From NCBI RefSeq assembly GCF_000190715.1, contig NW_003519547.1, positions 1 through 55,136 of the forward strand: a DNA stretch of 55,136 nucleotides, given 5' to 3'. Below are positions 30,560-41,055 of this stretch, one piece after another (the stretch's first letter is position 1; every line of letters begins with the position of its first letter). The notes under the pieces were generated by a model, which did no database searches, was not told the DNA's origin, and saw only the letters and a program-made list of their open reading frames with translations. The stretch is from Dictyostelium purpureum. Its lineage: Eukaryota. Both the position numbers and the translations under genes were made by a program.

Positions 30560-31600
30560 AAATTTCGACAACTCAACTTACAACTGAAAAGCATATCGAA
30601 ATCATCAACAACAAACCTATTAACCAAACCAATGCTCACTCCAAGGAAAACAGATCCAACAAGAAAGAAAAAAGAAGTCGTTCTACCAGGAGAAGACCAC
30701 ATGGAAATAGAGGAAAAAGTCAAGGAGAATTATTTAAAACTCCTAAACAGAAATAGGCTCACAAAACAAACAAAAAAGAACCCTATCAACAGAGGACAAA
30801 AAGAAATGTTGAAAACTCAAATCCAATTTTGTAAGCATGAACTAAATTCAAAATATTCATGCTTACCTTTTTTCTGATCAGGAATTGAATGGTTTGAATA
30901 ATTAGGTTTTTCGAACTCTACATATTATCAGATTGAAATTATGACGTAGGTAGCTGATAGAAGCCAAATTAATTCTTCGTTTTAAAACTGACCATTATTT
31001 CTCGATAATACTAGGTTATGGTGAATAGGGCAGAATATGACTTCTATTTACTTTTTCATAGCAAAAGGTCAAAAATGCGGTCTAATGAATTGAGCAATTG
31101 AAAGAAGCACATCATCAGTAAAACTCTACTTTGCCATAAAGTGCCTCTATTGACATAAATATTTTTTGGCATTTGTGTTACCCTTGATAGACATATACAA
31201 TAGTACCAAAAGTGTTAGACAATTGTAAGTGGTCGCTCATTTCACCACTTGGTCTTCGTTGGCCAAAATATTTATTTGACCGTTTCTTTCTCCCTGAGTC
31301 GATTTTGTAGTTTCCCATTTATAAGAATATAGTTTTATCAGCAAAAAACCAGCCCTTTTCCAACTCAACTGTCTAATCTTGAGAATTGGATATTTCTGTA
31401 TGAAAAAGTGAACATTTTGAACCTTTAAAAAACATTATTATTTTGTAGAGACCCGCTTATATAAATTGAAATATTTATTTGAAAGTTTTTTCGAAGGTAT
31501 CTTTTTATTTTACCTAAATTATGGCTTTGCCAAATTAAAATTAATCTTCTATTTTATCTTTCACTTGACTAATTGCACTCTTTAGGTAACAAACATTTTT
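30560..31600. mobile_element. About 1 kb of atypical, only moderately AT-rich sequence abutting the tRNA-Ser fragment: ORF 30632..30877 with non-Dictyostelium codon choices (AGG, CTC, GTC, AAG, GAG), a perfect 11-bp stem-loop (GTAAGCATGAA-N14-TTCATGCTTAC, 30827-30862) and further short non-AT-biased ORF fragments. Probable degenerate mobile-element DNA, family unknown.
   Basis: Base composition and codon usage read directly (about 60-65% A+T vs about 85% in neighbouring spacers); one minus-strand fragment ~31210-31390 reads ...FIQKYPILKIRQLSWKRAGFLLIKLYSYKWETTKSTQGERNGQINILANEDQVVK*, weakly hATC-like. No intact ORF. Confidence 0.3.
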
Positions 31601-32131
31601 TTGATTAAGTATAAATTGAAAAAGACAATCTTCATATTTAAGTTGAATTTTTATATTACCATTATTTGAATATTCAAATTTAATGATGGAAGTATTTAAG
31701 AATAATTTAAAATATTGATATAAAAATGATTAAAAATCTTTAAAACAACTTTAAATAAAAAAATAATTTTTAGGTTTACCCAAGTAAGTTTAAGGTTTTT
31801 AAAAAATTAAAAATTTGAAGTTTATTTATTATTTTAATATTTTTGTTGGATTAACAATCAGCATAAATTATATCTTTAATAAATTGAAAAAAGTTTATTA
31901 TTGTTTTAATAAAAAATTAATAAATAAAATTAAAACAAACTTTTAAAATGTGTTAAGTGGTTATTGATCACAACCAAATCTTAAATCTTGTTTTAAATGT
32001 ATGTGTGTGAATTTTTTTTTTTTTGTTTTTTTGTGTTTTTGTTTTTTTGAAAAAAAAAAAGACCATATTAAAAAATTGTAGATACACAAAACAAATAAAC
32101 AAAAAAATAAATAAAAGAAATAAAAAAAAGA

Positions 32132-32692
32132 ATGAAAATTTTTAAAATTATATTGTTAAATTTAATATTTTTTAAAATTGTATTTTGCCAAGAATGGGTA
32201 AATTTTGTTGGATATAGTAACCAAAATTGTAGTGGAACAGGAATATTGGCAATAATGAAAACAAATGAATGTATAGGACATAGCAAATATATGTGTGATG
32301 AAAAAACAACGATTAATAAACAATATGCATATAATGATTGTGTTAAAGAATACAACTATAAAACAAATGAAAATAACCAATGTTCAGATAAAGGTTTTAC
32401 AACAAGCTGTACAAAAACCGTAAACTTACCAAAGATGTCATATATAATAGCAATGCATAAAAACACTTCTTTAGGCTGCTCTGATGAATCAATTATCCTG
32501 TATAATACTATTCCTCTAGGTATTTGTGATTCTGGTAAGATTTACACATCATGCAATTCTGGTGGCACCGTTTCCTTTGAAATCTATAAAGACTATGAGT
32601 GTAATGAATTAACAAACACTGTAGAAGAACCCATTGGTTGCCACTTTGTTGATTCAAGTGATTCCTATTTGATCAATACATTTTGCACATAA
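32132..32692 (+). CDS. Secreted cysteine-rich small protein, 186 aa (signal peptide + ~16 Cys; ponticulin-like class suspected)
   Basis: ATG at 32132; MKIFKIILLNLIFFKIVFCQ looks like a signal peptide; Cys pattern NCSGTG...ECIGHSKYMCDEK...CSDKGFTTSCTK...GCSDES...GICDSGKIYTSCNSGG...CNEL...GCHF...FCT; TAA at 32690. Confidence 0.6.
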   Translation: MKIFKIILLNLIFFKIVFCQEWVNFVGYSNQNCSGTGILAIMKTNECIGHSKYMCDEKTTINKQYAYNDCVKEYNYKTNENNQCSDKGFTTSCTKTVNLPKMSYIIAMHKNTSLGCSDESIILYNTIPLGICDSGKIYTSCNSGGTVSFEIYKDYECNELTNTVEEPIGCHFVDSSDSYLINTFCT

Positions 32693-32865
32693 AATAATAA
32701 ATAAAAAACTTTTTTTTAGAAATTTAAATAAAAAAAAAATTAAAATAAAAAATAAAAAATAAAAATAAAAAAATAATTCCTAAAATTAAAAAATAATTAT
32801 TTTATAATTTAATTTTTTTTTTTTTTTTCGTAAATTTCAAATTGTCAACCAATCAATCAAACAAA

Positions 32866-33118
32866 ATGGATCAATCACAAAAACCTTCATTTACATACTT
32901 TACAGTACTTGTTTTAGGACAATTCCCAAGATTTTTATTAAACTATTTAGATATTGATTTCGAAGATAAATACATTGACAAAATCGAAGATTCATTCAGA
33001 GCCCAACTCAAATATGGTCAAGTACCATATTTTGTTGATAATGATGGTTTCAGCTTAACCCAAACCGGTCCAATCATTCGTTACATTGCCTCAAAGTATG
33101 CCAATGCTGATTTCCTCG
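32866..33118 (+). CDS. Glutathione S-transferase, exon 1 of 3 (thioredoxin-like N-domain)
   Basis: True ATG at 32866 (the track starts earlier at an alternative codon). [84 protein letters not shown](G) has the GST-N signature ...GQVP.f.d.g..l.Qs.aIlrYia.ky; donor G|GTATGT at 33119. Confidence 0.75.
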
Positions 33119-33177
33119 GTATGTATTAATTATAAACCCCTTAAAAAATAAATATATTAATACAGTAAATTAAACAG

Positions 33178-33269
33178 GTAAAACTCTTAAAGATAAAGCT
33201 ATTGTTGATGAAACTATTAATGCCGTTCTCACTGATGTCGTTTTACAAGGCTATAAAGTCCGTAAAGGA
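33178..33269 (+). CDS. GST, exon 2
   Basis: Intron 33119-33177 (59 nt, ...AAACAG); (G)[30 protein letters not shown]; donor GTAAGT at 33270. Confidence 0.7.
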
Positions 33270-33343
33270 GTAAGTATTTTTAATTTATTTATTTTTTAAC
33301 TAATAAATTAAAAAATAAAATTACTAATCAAAAAATTAAAAAG

Positions 33344-33619
33344 GTTGAAGATATTAAAACTTTAGATACCATTATTCCAAGATACTTTGGTTCATTTGAA
33401 AAATCATTAGCCTCAAGCACTGGCAAATTTATTTGTGGTGACTATGTTACCTTAGCCGATCTTTGTGTCTTCATTGCTTTCCATTATTTCATTTATTTAG
33501 GTCATTCTGAAAGTTTAACCAGCTACACTCATTTACACGAATTAAAAGCACACTTTGAATCAAATGCTGGTATCCAAAAATATATTACCACCAGACCAGT
33601 TTCTGAAAAGGGCATTTAA
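33344..33619 (+). CDS. GST, exon 3 (alpha-helical C-domain); total ~206 aa
   Basis: Intron 33270-33343 (74 nt); VEDIKTLDTIIPRYFGSFEKSLASSTGKFICGDYVTLADLCVFIAFHYFIYLGHSESLTSYTHLHELKAHFESNAGIQKYITTRPVSEKGI*. Confidence 0.75.
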   Translation, partial: VEDIKTLDTIIPRYFGSFEKSLASSTGKFICGDYVTLADLCVFIAFHYFIYLGHSESLTSYTHLHELKAHFESNAGIQKYITTRPVSEKGI

Positions 33620-33953
33620 AATAAAATTTAATTCTCTTTAAAAGAAAAATTTAAATAAAAGTAATATTTTTTTTAAAACCAAACTTTTAAATGTATATTT
33701 ATTTTTTAAAGAAATAAAAACATTCGAAGAAAAATAAATATATTTTTTAAAATAATTAAATTAATTTTTTTTTTTTTAATTTCGTTTTTTTAGTCAAGGC
33801 GCCTTTTCAAACATAACAAGTTTATCATAACAAGAATGAAAAAAAAAGATATTTAAATGATTTTTTTCATTTTCATTTGGCTTAGCAAAACAAAACAATA
33901 AATAATACAAGTTTATCAAATAAAAAAAAATTAAAAGAAATAGTAATAAACAA

Positions 33954-34565
33954 ATGGATAACACTATTAGAGATGCAAATGATGAAGAAATTGAATTATT
34001 AGAAACTTCAAAAGTTGAAAAAACACTCGAAAATTCCATTCAACCTTATATTGGCCAACCTTCAGATCAAGTAGATGATTATGACAAGTACAGAGCAAAT
34101 TTAATTAAAAAAGCAAAAGAAAGAAAAGAATGGACCGAAAAATATGAAAGAGAAAAAAGAATAAAGAAAGGTGAAATTGTCCCTGAACCTATCCCAACTA
34201 CAGATGATAGCGATGTAACCAAAGAAACCGTTTTAACTGAAAATAAGATTGAATATATTATTTGTCATATTGAAGATTACAATGATATCGAGGCTTTTAT
34301 TAAAATTACCAGAGACTCTTCAAAACATCTTACCGATTTCGAATTATTGGCTATCTACACAAAAGCTTACCAATGGATGTACAAAGAAGAAGAAATAAGT
34401 AACGGTGGTGACCCAGGCCATATCGCAGGCTTAATGAATCGTGAACGTAGTGCAGGCAGATTTGAAATTTGGGGCCATGATATTACAGACCTCATCTTTA
34501 ATGGTTGTAACGAGATTAAAATATATGAAAACTTTGTATACTGCGATTTTGGTGTAGACTCTTAA
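33954..34565 (+). CDS. Hypothetical protein, 203 aa (acidic N-terminus, K/E-rich helix, C-terminal globular part ...GDPGHIAGLMNRERSAGRFEIWGHDITDL...)
   Basis: ATG at 33954, TAA at 34563; single exon, normal codon usage; no family recognised. Confidence 0.6.
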   Translation: MDNTIRDANDEEIELLETSKVEKTLENSIQPYIGQPSDQVDDYDKYRANLIKKAKERKEWTEKYEREKRIKKGEIVPEPIPTTDDSDVTKETVLTENKIEYIICHIEDYNDIEAFIKITRDSSKHLTDFELLAIYTKAYQWMYKEEEISNGGDPGHIAGLMNRERSAGRFEIWGHDITDLIFNGCNEIKIYENFVYCDFGVDS

Positions 34566-34765
34566 ATATTTAAATAAAAATAAAATAGTAATATATTTAA
34601 AACAAATAATTTTTTTTAATTTTAATTTTTTATATTTTTTTTTATTTAATTATAATTTTGTTTATAAGTTGAAAAAAGATTTTAGTTTGTTGCTGTGGTT
34701 GGTTGTGTTGTTGGTGTTGATGTTTTTTTTTTTATATTTTATTATATATTTGAGTTTTAATCTAT

Positions 34766-34930
34766 TTAGTTTCTTCTGCTGATCCAACCTAAGAAAGCTA
34801 ATAAGAGAACGAAAAACATAGCAATACCAATTAATAAAGCAATGGTATCACCAGCATTCCAACTGCCAGCAGCAGCGGTGGCAATAAGGGCAAAGAAAGC
34901 ACTAACTGAAAGAATTTGTTTGCTGTCCAT
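34766..34930 (-). CDS. Small ORF, 54 aa, single-pass membrane peptide (MDSKQILSVSAFFALIATAAAGSWNAGDTIALLIGIAMFFVLLLAFLGWISRRN); below track cutoff
   Basis: ATG at 34930-34928, TAA at 34768-34766. Coding-like codon bias (GCC/ACC/GCT/GGC) makes this the most GC-rich 160 bp in a >2 kb AT desert; a CA/GT-rich promoter-like element lies 200-300 bp upstream. Confidence 0.4.
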   Translation of the reverse strand: MDSKQILSVSAFFALIATAAAGSWNAGDTIALLIGIAMFFVLLLAFLGWISRRN

Positions 34931-35129
34931 TTTATATTTTTTTATTTATGTGTTGATGTGTGAATGAAAAACTTTTTTTTTTTTTTTAATTAAATATACA
35001 AAAATCTAAATATAGAAGTTAAAAAAGATTTAAATTAGTATAATTATAAAACTATAAGATTGATTATTTGATTATCAAAAAGAATAAAAAGAAAAAGAAA
35101 AATGACGAGTAATTGCGTTTTAATAATTC

Positions 35130-35225
35130 GTTATGGTGTGATATAAATTGTGGTTTGATCTTGTGTTTGTGAGATGTAGATGTGTGTGTCAGAGTCTGTG
35201 AGTGTGAGTGTGAGTATTATTTTTA
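35130..35225. promoter_or_regulatory. GT-rich (plus) / CA-rich (minus) element, ...gtgtttgtgagatgtagatgtgtgtgtcagagtctgtgagtgtgagtgtgagt...; candidate G-box/CA-rich-element-type regulatory site upstream of the 54-aa ORF
   Basis: Direct reading. Dictyostelium developmentally regulated promoters characteristically carry G/T-rich (G-box, GBF-bound) or CA-rich (CAE) elements; that link is established knowledge, its function here is inferred. Confidence 0.3.
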
Positions 35226-36853
35226 TGTAAAATCTATGTTGTAGTTTTATAAATAATATCTGTTGTGTTAAAAAAAAAAAAAAAGATTTTAATATTTGAT
35301 TTTAATTTTGATTAGGTTATTAATGAAATAATACAACAAAAAACAAATGAACAAGATTGAATAAACAATTAACAATATATTTTATTCTATTTTTTTTTTG
35401 TTTTAATATTTATTACTTTTTGGTAATAATATCTATTTTGCAACTATTAATAAAAAATTTGTATGGTTAAAGAATCAATCAAAACTTTTTTAAAAAAAAT
35501 AAAAAAAAAAAATAAAAAAATTTATAAAAAAAAAAAATTTATAAAAAATAAAAATTTTAAAAATATTTTTCTGCTAACCTTTCAAAATGAGCTTTGGTAT
35601 GTGTTTATACTCTCTCACCTAAATAATGAGGTGCCAAGATAAAATAGTAATAATTCAAAAAAAAAAAAAAATAAAAAAATAAAAAAAATTAAATTTTATT
35701 TCTTTTCCTTAATTTTCGCAATTAAAATGAAAAACTAAACTTTATATTAAAAATCAAATTTATTTTATAAATTTTTTTTTTGGTAATTAAAAGTATGATA
35801 TATGGACCGAATAAAATAATAATCAAAAAAAAAATATATATATATATTTAATTGTTTAAAAGTGTATTTAAAATAATAAAATCTCAATTTGGAAAAATTA
35901 TTTAAATAAAAGAGATTAAAATTTAAATAATTATTTGCACGGGTGATAATAAAAACTAGTTTGTTGTATGGCTCACATTCGAGAAAGATACCGCATATCC
36001 ACACACCATTTTCACACACCAAACACAGACTCATCAATTTATATTTTTAATTTTTAATTTAATTTTTTTATTTAAATAATTTTCTAAAAATAAACACCCA
36101 CCCAATTTTTTATTTTTTTATTTTTAAATTTAGTTCATTTATAAGGATATAACTTTAAATATTTGGAATATAAATATATAAAAATAGTTTAATTTTTTTA
36201 CTTTTTATTTTAATAAAATCATTTTTTTTAAATCAAAAAAAAAAAAAATAATAAAAAAAAATAATAAAAAAATAATTTATTTAATTTAAAAAAAAAAAAA
36301 ATAAAAAAAAAAAAAATAAATATAAAAAAAATAAAAAAAAATCTTTTTTTTTTTTTTTTAAAAAAAAAAAGTTAGTTGGTTGTTTCAAAACTACATAAAA
36401 AAAAATATTATTATTTATTATTAATCATTATATATATATATAAAATTATTATTGTTTTACATATAATCATAAATAATTATATATAAATAATTTTGTATTT
36501 TATATAAAAAAACAAACAACAACAACAAACAAAAAAAAAAAAAAAAAAAACAGAAAAAAAACAACCTAAACACACTCCCCCCAATTTCTTTGTATATTTT
36601 TTTATTAATATTATAATTTATTTTGATCTCTTTATAATTTTTTTTTCTCTTTCTTGCTTGCTTTTTTTTTTTTTTTTTCATTTAAATATATATAACTTTA
36701 ATCAAAGAAAAAAGATATATTTATAAAAAAAATTGTTGTATATTATTTATTTATTATTTGTGTTGATCTATAGTTATATAGATACCTTTATATAATATTA
36801 TTTATTTATTTATTTTCATACACACATACACACTTCACACAAAAACACATAAA

Positions 36854-36987
36854 ACACAATTAAATGGATAGAATGGACAGTTCAGACGAAGAGATTGAGA
36901 ATATTTCAGACGAAGAGTTCGAAGGGGATGATGATGAAATTGAAAGTATAAATTCACCATTAAGACAAAATTATATAGTAGGAAATG
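36854..36987 (+). CDS. Ser/Thr protein kinase, CaMK group (MLCK/CaMKI-like), exon 1 of 4
   Basis: ATG at 36854 after a CA-rich leader (cacacatacacacttcacac...); acidic N-terminus MDRMDSSDEEIENISDEEFEGDDDEIESINSPLRQNYIVGNEIG; donor AG|GTAATA at 36988. Confidence 0.8.
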
Positions 36988-37063
36988 AAATTGGAAGGTA
37001 ATATAGATTTTAAAGGGTACAATTTAATAATAGTAATAAAATATTTATAATAATATTTTTTTT

Positions 37064-37267
37064 TTCAATTTAGGGGTGCATTTTCAATTGTTAGAGAAGC
37101 AACACGTAGATCTACAGGTGAAAAAGTTGCAATCAAGAGTATCAACACCAGATTTATTAAAAACAAGTTATTAATGAGAGAAATAGAAATTATGAAAAAA
37201 GTGGGTGACCATCCAAATATTTTAAAGTTATACGAAGTTTATGAAACAGATAAACATCTTCATTTGG
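37064..37267 (+). CDS. CaMK-like kinase, exon 2
   Basis: Intron 36988-37063 (76 nt); (R)GAFSIVREATRRSTGEKVAIKSINTRFIKNKLLMREIEIMKKVGDHPNILKLYEVYETDKHLHLVLE (subdomains I-V: G.G.FS.V, AIK, E); donor TT|GTAAGT at 37268. Confidence 0.8.
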
Positions 37268-37382
37268 TTTTAGAATTGTAAGTTTTTCTTTTAAATTTTA
37301 TCAATAATAAATCAAATTTCGTATAAATAAATAGTGTATCGGAATAAAACAGAAATATTAATATCATAAATAAATAATATAG

Positions 37383-37576
37383 GGTTTTAGGTGGTGAATT
37401 GTTTGATAAAATTGTACAAAGAGGCGAATATTCAGAACAAGATGCATCAAAGATCGTTAGACAAATAGTTTCGGCTGTAGGCCATTTACATGCTAATGGT
37501 ATTGCACATAGAGATTTAAAACCACAAAATTTATTATGTGCCGGTGAAGAAGGTGATGATATTAGAGTAGCAGATT
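37383..37576 (+). CDS. CaMK-like kinase, exon 3
   Basis: Intron 37268-37382 (115 nt); (L)VLGGELFDKIVQRGEYSEQDASKIVRQIVSAVGHLHANGIAHRDLKPQNLLCAGEEGDDIRVAD (HRDLKPQN catalytic loop); donor T|GTATGT at 37577. Confidence 0.8.
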
Positions 37577-37658
37577 GTATGTAGGAAAAAAAAAGAAAAA
37601 AAAAAGAAAAAAAAACTTTTTACTAATTTATTTTATTTTTTTATTACGAAAACTACAG

Positions 37659-38095
37659 TTGGGCTTAGTAAAATTTTTGGTGATGGTGATTATTTAGAGA
37701 CTTGTTGTGGCTCACCAGAATATGTAGCACCAGAAGTATTAGAATGTAAACCATACGATAAAGCATGTGATTTATGGAGTGTCGGTGTTATCACATATGT
37801 TTTATTAACAGGTTGTTTCCCTTTCTGGGACAAAAACAATGCCGTTTTATATGAAAAGATTAGAAACGTCGATTATGGTTGGCCAGAGGGTTTAGAAGTT
37901 TCCAATGAAGCAAAAGATTTAGTTTCCCACCTTATCGAAAAGAATCCCGAAAGGAGATTTACTTATGAACAATGTTTAGCTCATCCATGGGTAAATGGTA
38001 CAGGCGTCAGTATGGTTAAGAAGATTAAGCCATTTATTCAACAACAAAATCCAAACCAAAGATATTAAAACAAAAAAAGCAAATTAATATTTGAC
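37659..38095 (+). CDS. CaMK-like kinase, exon 4; total ~322 aa
   Basis: Intron 37577-37658 (82 nt, ...CTACAG); (F)GLSKIFGDGDYLETCCGSPEYVAPEVLECKPYDKACDLWSVGVITYVLLTGCFPFWDKNNAVLYEKIRNVDYGWPEGLEVSNEAKDLVSHLIEKNPERRFTYEQCLAHPWVNGTGVSMVKKIKPFIQTTKSKPKILKQKKQINI* (DFG, APE, DLWS.G motifs); TGA at 38093. Confidence 0.8.
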
Positions 38096-38393
38096 CATTA
38101 ATAATAATAATATAATAGATTTACTCTATATCATGCCATAATTCTAAAATAATTATATAATTAATAAAAAAAAAATATAAAACTAAAAAAAAAAAAAAAG
38201 AAAACATAATTTAATATTTAAATTAAAAAAAAGTAATAATAATAATAATAGTAGGTACAAGATGGTAATAAAAAGAGTAGCATTAGTATTTAATAAAATA
38301 TTGGATGAGAATGGATTATAGATATTTAAATAACAAAATATTATTAAAGCTTTTTTATTTTTTATTTATTTTTTATTTATTTGTTTAATTTAT

Positions 38394-38678
38394 TTATTCG
38401 TCTTCGTCTTCTTCATCAGTTTCTTCTTTCTTTCTTTTCCCTAATGATTTTTTTGGGGTTTTTGTTTCTTCTTGACCAATAATGGCTTTTGGTGGTCCTT
38501 CATATTTATTTTCTAAACAACCTGGGCACTTATAAATGAAATGTTCGTTTTCGAGATTATCGGTAATAATTGAATCACAATCATCATGCACAAGTTTACC
38601 ACAATAGGTACATTGGGTTGTAGAGTCTTCTTCCTCCTCTTCTGATTTTAGTGAGTGTCTACAGATTGAACAATATTT
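38394..38678 (-). CDS. HMG/PHD protein, exon 2 (third PHD-like Cys/His finger + acidic C-terminus); total ~636 aa
   Basis: Intron 38679-38746 (68 nt); KYCSICRHSLKSEEEEEDSTTQCTYCGKLVHDDCDSIITDNLENEHFIYKCPGCLENKYEGPPKAIIGQEETKTPKKSLGKRKKEETDEEDEDE*; in frame with track ORF 38394..38591. Confidence 0.75.
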   Translation of the reverse strand, partial: KYCSICRHSLKSEEEEEDSTTQCTYCGKLVHDDCDSIITDNLENEHFIYKCPGCLENKYEGPPKAIIGQEETKTPKKSLGKRKKEETDEEDEDE

Positions 38679-38746
38679 CTATTTGAAAAATAAAATTAGT
38701 TAATATGGTTATTTTAATAGTGTTTATTTTATATTTATATACTTAC

Positions 38747-40372
38747 ACTTTTATCTGAAAAGCCTTTAGAGAAACAACTATCACAGCTTGTATAGTTGTC
38801 TTTCCATTTAATGTTTTTGTTTTCGGAATTTTCTGGTCTAATATAACAGTGGGTACAAAATACACAGTTTGAGCATCTCCATCCACCCGATGGGGGTGAG
38901 CTAAGGGGTGGGTTAAGACAATAGGTATGGAAACCTTTATCACAAACATCGCAGATTATTATCTTACTTTCATCAACATCATTTTGGCATACTTCGCAGT
39001 TCTTACAATCTGTACATTTCCATGCTAAGGTATTATTTCTAATAGAGTCGACACAAGTTTGATGTAGTCCTAAACATTGTGGGTGGAATTTTTTTTGACA
39101 TTCTGAACATTTAATTAAATTAATTGGTTGATCACTATTGTTACATGTTTCACAATGTTCTGTTTGGTGTTCTTGTTCTTCTTCTTGTTCTTCTTCATGT
39201 TCTTGTTCTTCTTCTTGTTGGTCTTGAGACTCTTGTTGTTGGTCTTGATGTTGTAATGGTTGTTGCTGTAATGGTTGTTGCTGTAACTGTTGTTGCTGTA
39301 ATTGCATTTGTTGAATTCTTATTTGTTGTTGGTTTTGTTGTTGGTTTTGTTGTTGATTTTGTTGTTGTTGTTGTTGTTGTTGTTGTCTTTGTGGAGGTGA
39401 TTCGGCTAATAGATAGAAATTAATTTGTGGGAAACTTTCGGCAACTTCTTTTGTTTTTTGATGATATTCGACCATTTCATTATCAAAACGTTGTTTATCT
39501 TCTCTTGCTCTATCATAATATTCTTTTTGTTCGTCTGGGGTTAATTGTTTCCATTTTGCACCTAAAATTTTAGAAATATCACTTGGGGGTACATCTGGAT
39601 TTTTTTGTTTTTCTTCTTCACGGTTTATATTCATATAGTGGAAATAGGCCGATACATTAGTTCTTGGTAGTGGAATATTTTTAATTGCTTCTTCAATTTT
39701 TTTCTCTCTTTGTAATTTTAATTCGTTATATTTTTGTAGTTGTCTTTCGGTTTTTTGTTGAGTGGATAGTAATTCCTTTTGAATTTCATGAATATCCCTT
39801 TGTTGTTGTAAATAAAGATATCTGTTATTGACCATTTGTTGATTTTGAAAGTTGATAAGCTTCTTTTCATATTCTGGTATTTCATTCCATTTTTCAGATA
39901 CATTAATACCCCAACTGCTAATAACTTGAATGGTTTTGGTATGTGGATCGAAATAGTGTGGATATCTTTCTTGTCTTTCTAATAATAAAAGTGAATTAAA
40001 ATCTGATGCACTCTTTTCTCTTGCTTTTTTTTGTTCAGGTGATAAAACGCCAAATTGTGATGCATTATTAACCAATTGTTCTAAAAGTATTTGATGTTGA
40101 AATTGTGTTTGCATTTGTTGTTGTAATTGTTGTTGTTGCTGTTGCTGTGGTGTTTGCATTTGCTGTGTTTGCATTTGTTGTTGTGTTTGATTGTATTGTC
40201 TTCTTGTTGCCATAGGTCCTTGCATACCAAGAAATTGTGGCATAACACCAACTGATGCTGCTTGTTGAACCTCTTTTTCTTTTTTCTCTGGACATATATG
40301 TCCTTTTTTAATTTGGCCACATTTTGAACACAAATAGGTTCCTGGCGTATTATCAATTTCCATAGTATTCAT
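38747..40372 (-). CDS. HMG-box and PHD-finger protein, exon 1 of 2 (542 codons)
   Basis: ATG at 40372-40370; N-terminal Cys knuckle (YLCSKCGQIKKGHICP); poly-Q; HMG box (KNPDVPPSDISKILGAKWKQLTPDEQKEYYDRAREDKQRFDNEMVEYHQK); second poly-Q/E region; tandem PHD fingers (CETCNNSDQPINLIKCSECQKKFHPQCLGL...WKCTDCKNCEVCQ...IICDVCDKGFHTYCLNPPL...GWRCSNCVFC); donor AGT|GTAAGT at 38746. Confidence 0.75.
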
Positions 40373-40855
40373 ATTTAAATTTAAAAATATAAATTATAAA
40401 AAACAAAATACAAAATACAAATTGGTAAAATCTAAATTTATGAATTTTAATTTAACAAAAAAAAAAAGATTTAAAAAAAAATGACCTCGACTAAAATCAA
40501 ATTTTTAAAAATTTAAATACAATGTAATGTGAAATTAAAAATAAACAAAAAAAATAAAAAATAAAAAAATAAAAAAAAATTAATAAAAAATTCAAAAAAA
40601 AAAAAAAAAAAAAAAAAATTTTTATTTTTTTTTTAAATTTTTTCAAACTAACAGCTCATTTTTTTTTAATTATATATTTATATATTTATAAATTATTTCT
40701 AAATTATTTCTAAATTAGAAAAGAAATAATAATAAAAAAAAGATTATTTTTCAATCATTAATAATCTTTATTTTTTTTTTATTTTCCTAAATTTTTTTAC
40801 AAATTTTTTTTTTTTTTTTATATTTTTTTTGTAAAATTTTTGTATTTCGACAAAT

Positions 40856-40980
40856 ATGCCTAAACGAGGTAGACCACCCAAAAATAAACCATTAAATAGC
40901 GCCGATCCTAGCGGAAGGGGATCATCATCACACCATTCATCTCATTCATCTGCAAATGAAGAGGATGACAATCCAAAAAA
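40856..40980 (+). CDS. AT-hook-containing nuclear protein, exon 1 of 2 (MPKRGRPPKNKPLNSADPSGRGSSSHHSSHSSANEEDDNPKK)
   Basis: ATG at 40856; PKRGRPPK is a canonical AT-hook; donor AA|GTAATT at 40981. Confidence 0.6.
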
Positions 40981-41055
40981 GTAATTAATTATTAAAATTT
41001 ATATTTCAATATTTAAATATTAATTTTATTATTGTTTTTTTAATAATAACTATAG

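Noticed and set aside
30533-30567. Second, independent functional tRNA-Ser gene
   Set aside because: Only 33 nt of the tRNA (through the 5' anticodon stem) are present and there is no T-arm or acceptor 3' strand, so it cannot fold. It is kept as a pseudogene or duplication fragment.
30632-30877. ORF 30632..30877 as a host protein-coding gene
   Set aside because: Its codon usage (AGG, CTC, GTC, GAG) is unlike every confident gene in the window. It sits in non-AT-biased debris next to a tRNA fragment and ends in a perfect hairpin. It was treated as mobile-element-derived sequence, not a gene.
32068-32380. Minus ORFs 32068..32355 and 32162..32380
   Set aside because: Antisense to the signal-peptide-bearing Cys-rich gene 32132..32692; hydrophobic low-complexity artefacts.
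35765-36681. ORFs 35765..36037 (-) and 36457..36681 (-) in the long spacer upstream of the kinase gene
   Set aside because: Homopolymer-rich (K-runs, F-runs), no ATG context, inside A/T tracts and CA-rich promoter-like sequence.
38743-40356. ORFs 38743..38949, 39124..39423, 39718..39903, 40068..40295, 40081..40356
   Set aside because: Alternative-frame and antisense readings of the poly-Q/poly-E codon repeats of the HMG/PHD gene.
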